From the human T2T-CHM13v2.0 reference genome, Homo sapiens, in assembly GCF_009914755.1 (NCBI RefSeq), contig NC_060937.1: 64,000 bases of DNA; one strand, 5' to 3'. Both the position numbers and the translations under genes were made by a program. Below the pieces are notes generated by a model that searched no databases, had not been told where the DNA came from, and saw nothing but the letters and a program-made list of their open reading frames with translations. Positions 57,090 to 64,000 of the stretch are shown here, one piece after another (positions within the stretch are counted from its first letter, which is position 1; each line of letters begins with the position of its first letter).

Positions 57090-57320
57090 TAATAATAGGT
57101 AACACTAGAAAAATTAGTATGTAATAGGCAGCATTATAGGTGCTTTATATATTAATAGGCAATCCTTACAACAGCTGTATGATGGGGGCTAATATAATTA
57201 TCCCCATTTTTCAAGTGAGAAAATTAAGGGTCAGAAGTCACACAAGTTATGGCAGAGCTAGAATTTCAGCCCAGGGAACAAGGTTCTAAAATCGATTGAT
57301 CTTCAACGCTATTTCATAAT
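57090..57320 (-). mobile_element. MIR remnant
   Basis: attatccccatttttcaagtgagaaaattaagggtcaga...ggcagagctagaattt. Confidence 0.7.
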
Positions 57321-58959
57321 GCCTTGAAGGAGTATAGAAACACAGCTGAAGACATGCTTTCTTGTGAAGTTATTTTAAAACTTCAATGACTATGTACGTA
57401 GCTAAAAATCCATGTAAAATCTTTATTTGCTATCATACCTCAAAATAAACATACAACCACACATGAATTCTGAACCCTTTTTGAAAACATGCAATTTTGG
57501 GGCTTAAGGGCATTCAGAAATAATAAGTGGATATAGTCAAGGTCCCTCTGTAGTGATGATAACTATAGATAAGTAACAACAACAACGCTAATAATAATAA
57601 CAAATGTCTGACTCTAGGAGGTCATCATGGCTTGGAAGTTGCTTAAATCTCTCATTAGATTTAATGATTCACAGTGGATGATGCTTCCATTAGGAATTGG
57701 AGCCCTTCACTCTTCCTTTGGACTCTGTCTCTGGCCTGCTCTGACCTGCTCCTCTGCTGCTGAGACTCCCTCATGCAATGGCATGCTCGGCCATTCTACA
57801 AGCTTGGAATGACATTCTCAGCTTCTACCACACTTCGCATCAAGTCTCTTTTCTTGATTTTATCAAAATGTGTCACATAAAAAGTGGAATCTTTAAAACT
57901 CTGTGAAGGAAATTTCATGTGGTTTCCACAGCTTCTTTTACATCTCCACTGACTTCAAAGAATATTACAGAGCAAGGGCAAAATGACTCCTCTTGATATT
58001 CATGGGCATGTGCCTTTGGCCTGCAGGTGATCATGTAGAAAGACCCCTTGTCTGGGATGTGGATGATATAAATTCAAATATTGAATTTGACCCTGTTCAT
58101 GTTTGTGACCTTATCCAACAATGCGCTTTTACAATCTTGTATTCTTCATCCATTGCATGAACTAAAATATCTTACATTTTTTGTTAAGCTCCAAATTCCA
58201 AGTCTTTATGCTTGAGACTAATATCTCGCTGCAGACATTTATTTACCCTGCTTTATTTTCTTGTCATACTGGTTTGTCATGATTTCTCCGACCTTGAAGT
58301 TAGCATTCGAGGTTGGAATGGGCTTGTCGTATACTTTCTGTTCTTCAACCCTCTTTTGCCTTCAGATAAAATTCTGCAAAAATTATGAGACAATTGAAAT
58401 TCCACACTGTGTCTAACCGTCTTATATTCCCCTGAATGCAATGAGCTGTGTCATCCCTTGGGCGTTGTTTGTAATTATAGTACATCTCTGAAGAGCAATT
58501 GCTTTGTCATGGAGCTATTTTTATATCTGGATATTCTACAACTAGATTGTGAGCTTTTACAACTAGAGATATGACATATTAATGTTTTCAATCACCCACA
58601 ATATGTAGCATGTATCTTTTGTAGTGGACTGGAAATGATTTTTTTATACTGGCTTTAATAAAAATGAAACTTGTCACAAATGAATAACATTGCTTCTATT
58701 TAAAAAGATTACAGAAGACATACAATATAAACATTATTACAGCTGTAGATCATCTATACACAGAAAATAGATAAATTTCTATTCCAAACTTAAGTTTTTA
58801 AGACATGGAATTGAGCATGAAGGAGGAGGAACTGGATTGAGTAAAGAATAAAACTGTATGTTCACATACTCCAAGGGATTCTTTTTCTGATGCATGACGT
58901 TGGTCAATATTAGATCTGAGAAAAGAAGGGGAAAGGGAGATTTAAGAAATTGTTACTGC

Positions 58960-59348
<389 letters not shown>

Positions 59349-59355
59349 TCAGATG

Positions 59356-59729
59356 GTTCTAGAATCTGAATTTTCATGTCCTCCCAAAATTCCTATGTTA
59401 AAATCCTTCCCCCTAAGGTGATGATATTAGGAAGTGAGGCCTTTTGAGAAGTGGACAGAGCCCTCGTGAATGAATATTGTAAGGGAATTAGTACCCTTAT
59501 AAAAGAGACCTCAGAGAGTTGGTTCACTGCTTCCACCATGTGTAGATGTGTGGACTCAGCAAGAGAGACTCATCTATAAACCAGGAAGTGTGCTCTCACC
59601 AGACGTTGAATCTGCCAGTACTCTGGTCTTTGACTTCTCAGTCTCCAGAACTGTGAGAAATAAATGTTCGTTGTTTATAATTCATCCATTTCATGGGATT
59701 TTGTTAAAGCAGCAAACTGACTTAAGACA
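59356..59729 (+). mobile_element. MLT1A0-like MaLR LTR
   Basis: cccaaaattcctatgttaaaatcc...cccttataaaagagacctcagagag...ctccagaactgtgagaaataaat...cttaagaca. Confidence 0.85.
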
Positions 59730-60427
59730 GATGCAGATGATTTCTTGCTTAGTCCTTCATCAGGCTCTAGGTAGGCTATAGACAGAAGGTGAAATCCTGA
59801 CTGATTGAAAATATATGCAGAGGTGAAATTACTTGTGGATAGAATAAAGGAAAGATAACTTATCCCCTGCAAAAATCAGGGAGGAGACTATAATTACACA
59901 GTCAGGATATGTGGTAGATTATAAATAATAAATACATTCAAGATGGGTATGTAAGTTATATACTTATTAATTCAAATTGTGGGAGTAAAGGATTATGATG
60001 TCAGATTTGGGAGTGAGCAAACTGTGACATCCTTGGGGAATAACTAGATTTTTTTTTAAGGCATTAAAACCAAAGTAAGCATGTGGTTTTTATCAAACTG
60101 CTGACTGAGGTATAAAAAATCTGAGTAAAATATGAGCAAAAGATATATATTTTTTTATTTTCCCCCACCCAGATATAATATTTGAAACTGTTAAAACTTT
60201 AAAATAATGTTTAATTCATAACATAGAAGGTATGTCTCCTAAATGAGAAGAAAAGAAGCGTGTTTTGTTTATATTTTGAAGTTGATTTTATTGCTATTTA
60301 TGTCAATGAAATGAAAGATTTGTTTACAATGACAATTCCTCCAAGATGAAAACTAACGCATATTTAAAAGAACATAGGAGGTAAAATAAAGGATATTGAA
60401 GGTGAGATTCAAGACAAGCAGTTTGCA

Positions 60428-60721
60428 GCTGGGCGTGGTGGCTCATGCCTGTATTCCTGGCACTTTGGGAGGCCGAGGCAGGTGGATCACCTGAGGTCAG
60501 GAGTTTGAGACCAGCCTGGACAACATGGTGAAAACCCGCCTCTACTAAAAATACAGAAATTAGCCAGGCATGGTGGTGGGCCCCTGCATTCCCAGCTACT
60601 TGGGAGGCTGAGTCAGGAGAATTGCTTGAACCCGGAAGGCGGAGGTTCTGCTGAGATCGCTCCATTGCACTCTAGCCTGGGCAACAAGAGCAAAACTCTG
60701 TCTCAAAAAAAAAAAAAAAAA
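60428..60721 (+). mobile_element. AluS (Sq/Sx-like)
   Basis: Full dimer with poly(A). TSD aagacaagcagtttgca / aagacatgcactttgca. Confidence 0.93.
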
Positions 60722-61224
60722 AAGACATGCACTTTGCACTTCCATTTTTACACTGTGTGGACCTGGGACAAAGTGTTTAATCTTTTCAGGTTCAACTTTC
60801 TTAAATGCAAAGGAACACATGACTGGTCTTATGATTCGGTCCTTTGGATGTGACTCTGGAGCAAAAAACAAGAAAAGAGATACAGGAAAAATGTAAGAAA
60901 ATAAATTAAGTGGAGATTCTATGTGGCCTGAGACTCCTTGGAATAGAACAACTGAAGAAACAACCAGATGCATAGGAAATTGGAATGGAGCATCAGCACT
61001 GGAGAGAGAACATCAGGACAGAGAGAGTTGGCCTTGCCTAGGCATTGGCGGCTAAGTCCGAATAAATTCTTGAAAGTTTAACACCGAACTCCATGCATCT
61101 CAAGAGTTCACATATCAACTTGGACAAAAGAAGGAGCTGCTAAAATTTGCAAGCAAGGTAAAAGTTCTTTGTCTTGAAATCATCCAGGAATTTCCTATAC
61201 GTTACTTTCCTACTAACTGCTTAC

Positions 61225-62115
61225 AATATTTTTTAAAAAATTATTTAGGTTTTGATTTGGTATTACATTCACATTGTTCACAGTTCAAACATGTAAGTAT
61301 TGCACATATCGAGGTATGATTAGTATCCCTCTAAACCCTGTGCCAGCCACGTGATTCACCTGCAGTAAATAATTAGCATTACAAGTTCTTTGTATATATT
61401 TCCAGATATTTGATGCATATACAAGCATGTGATTCTATCGTCCTTCCGTTTAGCCACCTGTCTGCCCTTGCATCCAGCCATCCATTCATTCACCAACTCT
61501 TTTTCTTTTTTCTTTTCACCACTCCTCATACCACACACACACTTTTTTCCAAACCATATACACTGCTGTGCGTTTATGGCTTCCTACTTAATATCCCTTG
61601 GTGATACTTCCATATTATTATTTAAAAAAGTCATTTTTTAAATTGTTATATAGTCTAATTTTTGTAGCACAAACACTGGATATAATATTTGCCACTTATA
61701 GATATTTTTACCAAATATGTACTGCCACAAATTTAGATCTTTTGACCATTGGTAGGAAAAATGTTATATCAATATACTTTTAATTTATATTTAAGATATT
61801 GTGGTTTTAGTCTAACATATTTTCAAACATTCAATATTTCCTTTGCTGTGCATAGTGGGATCATACTCGTCATCTTTTAGCTAGCCCTTTGGCTCCCTAT
61901 AAGTGGCAAATATTATATCCAAGTGATGTGCCACTTACAATGGTTTTACCATGCAGGAGGTTAATTTTTATTAACATAATTTCATGTCCTTCTTATAAAC
62001 TTTTCATGTCCTTCTTATAAACTAATCCATACTTTGATTGAATATTTTATGTTTTCCTTTTTATATATAGCCATCCATCCATTAGGGATTCATTCCAGTG
62101 AGCAGTATGAGATGT
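61225..62115 (-). mobile_element. Very old L1ME-type 3' remnant
   Basis: T-rich start, attacattcacattgttca, and ttcttgtatatatttccagatattt-like old L1 3' motifs. Confidence 0.45.
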
Positions 62116-62175
62116 AGTACGTTTTTTTTTTTTTTTTTAATTTATCTTTTTCTTTACCTCTGCTTTGCTTTGCTT

Positions 62176-62738
62176 TCTTTTTTTTATTATTATACTTCAA
62201 GTTCTGGGGTACATGTGCAGAACATGCAGGTTTGTTATATAGGTATACACATGCCATGGTGGTTTGCTGGACCCATCAACCTGTCATCTACATTAGGTAT
62301 TTCTCCTAATGCTATCCCTCTCCTAGCTCCCCACCCCGCAACAGGCCCTGGTGTGTGATGTTCCCCTCCCTGTGTCCATGTGTTCTTATTGTTCAACTCC
62401 CATTTATGAGTGAGAACATGCGGTGTTTGCTTTTCTGTTCTTGTGATAGTTTGCTGAGAATGACGGTTTCCAGCTTCATCCATGTCCCTGCAAAGGACAT
62501 AAAATCATCCTTCTTTATGCGTAGTATTCCATGGTGTATATGTGCCACATTTTCTTTATCCAGTCTATCATTGATGGGCATTTGGGTTGGTTCCAAATCT
62601 TTGCCATTGTGAACAGTGCCGCAATAAATATACATGTACATGTGTCTTTATAGTATAATGATTTATAATCCTTTGGGTATATACCCAGTAATGGGATTGG
62701 TGGGTCAAATGGTATTTCTAGTTCTAGATACTTGAAGA
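62176..62738 (-). mobile_element. L1PA7-like 3' end, ~560 bp
   Basis: aagttctggggtacatgtgcagaacatgcagg...cccatcaacctgtcatctacattaggtatttctcctaatgc. ORF 62393..62641 resembles the ORF2 C-terminus. Confidence 0.9.
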
Positions 62739-63357
62739 TTTCTCACTTTTGTCTCCTGTGTTCCTGACAGCTTTTACAGAAGTGGTGTCTTTTCCTTTCC
62801 CCTCAAGTTTTCACTTTATTTCTGTGATTAATTTTTTCTTTCTTTAAAAAATGTGTTTTGTTGGCATCACTTTCAATTCCTCTAGTTATCTTGCTATCTC
62901 TCCGTGTTTCTTCTTTTTGCTGTTTTTCCAACTGAAAACATTATTTCTGACCATATTTTTGATTACCATTCTCATCTTCTCTATGGCAAGACTTTGTATT
63001 GAGAACATTTAATCTGTTATTTTTCATTCCATTCGTTTCTTCTCATGTAGTGTACTTGCAAAGTCTGTGCTATTCCTCTTTCATTATACATCATAGAAGG
63101 AGATAAATGCTCTTTCCCTGCAGCAACTATTTGCAAGCGATCTTTTTTTGGGAGTTGTCTGGACATGTTCCAAGCTAATTGGAGTTTTGATTGTTATTGT
63201 TTGTTTGTTTTCATAGATCCACTTATTTTTTGTCTGAGTTTGATCATGCATTCCTTCTTCCTACTTAAACAAGATAAACAGCTCATTAGGAAACCCAGAA
63301 TACAAAGATTCTCTTTTACTATTTTAGAGAAAGTATACATTCTATATAAATGGCAGC

Positions 63358-63409
63358 TTTCTTTTTCTTTCTTTCTCTCTCTCTCTCTGTTTCTTTCTTT
63401 CTCTTTCCT

Positions 63410-63469
<60 letters not shown>

Positions 63470-63481
63470 TCCTTCTTTCTT
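63358..63481. repeat. Polypyrimidine tract containing a perfect (CTTT)15 STR
   Basis: (CTTT)15 at 63411-63470 inside ~120 bp of almost pure C/T. Confidence 0.97.
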
Positions 63482-64000
63482 ATATCAGTCCTCACTGCTT
63501 CTGCCTCCCTTGTTTCTTAGGACCGGCCATCTAAACAGTAACCTAGTGTTTTTTTAAGTAAGCATGTACTTCTCACCTTTAGAGAGTTGTGCTTCCTTTG
63601 TCTTTGCTGGGGATCCATTGTATCTGACTCTTCTCTACTGGTCAGTTAGCTTCACTTTTTCCTGTATGCTAGCTTCATCTGTGTTTTCCCTGGTAGCTAT
63701 TCCATCTGTTTTGGTGTCTGGCTTCCCAGCTGTCTCCTTATTTCACTGAAAATGGATTTTTTTCTTTTTGATGAGTGTTTTTTTTTTTTTGACCTCTGAG
63801 ATGAGATAATAGAAAACTAAATTTTTGCCTCCATGTTCAAACTGAATCTCCTCATAACTTCTTAATTAAATTTACCAGGTAATATTTCCCTGTGTTTTAG
63901 AAAATTCTACCAATATTTAGCAATATGACTTAAAATTAATTGTGTAGAGTATTTTGTATAATAAATCTGTCTGGACGGATGAAACTACATGAGTAACATT

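Overview
Primate, very likely human, AT-rich non-coding DNA (intergenic or deep intronic). No intact protein-coding gene, RNA gene, CRISPR array or prokaryotic-type system is supported. The longer ORFs in the track are L1 ORF2 remnants, antisense-Alu ORFs or chance ORFs. The window is a layered record of transposition: L1, Alu, L2, MIR, MaLR and ERV1 LTRs, and hAT DNA transposons. Four items stand out. (1) A nested L1 cluster at 1.8-9.4 kb contains a ~1 kb L1HS-like insert carrying the pre-Ta ACG trinucleotide and a perfect 16-bp TSD. (2) A 550-bp L1PA2/3 insert combines a twin-priming inversion with a 79-bp 3' transduction. (3) A solo LTR10 has all three AP-1 VNTR motifs mutated. (4) A local 57-bp-unit triplication carries homeodomain-type motifs next to a G-rich tract. 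Repeat subfamily names come from recalled consensus sequences, not a database search. Boundaries of old repeats are approximate.
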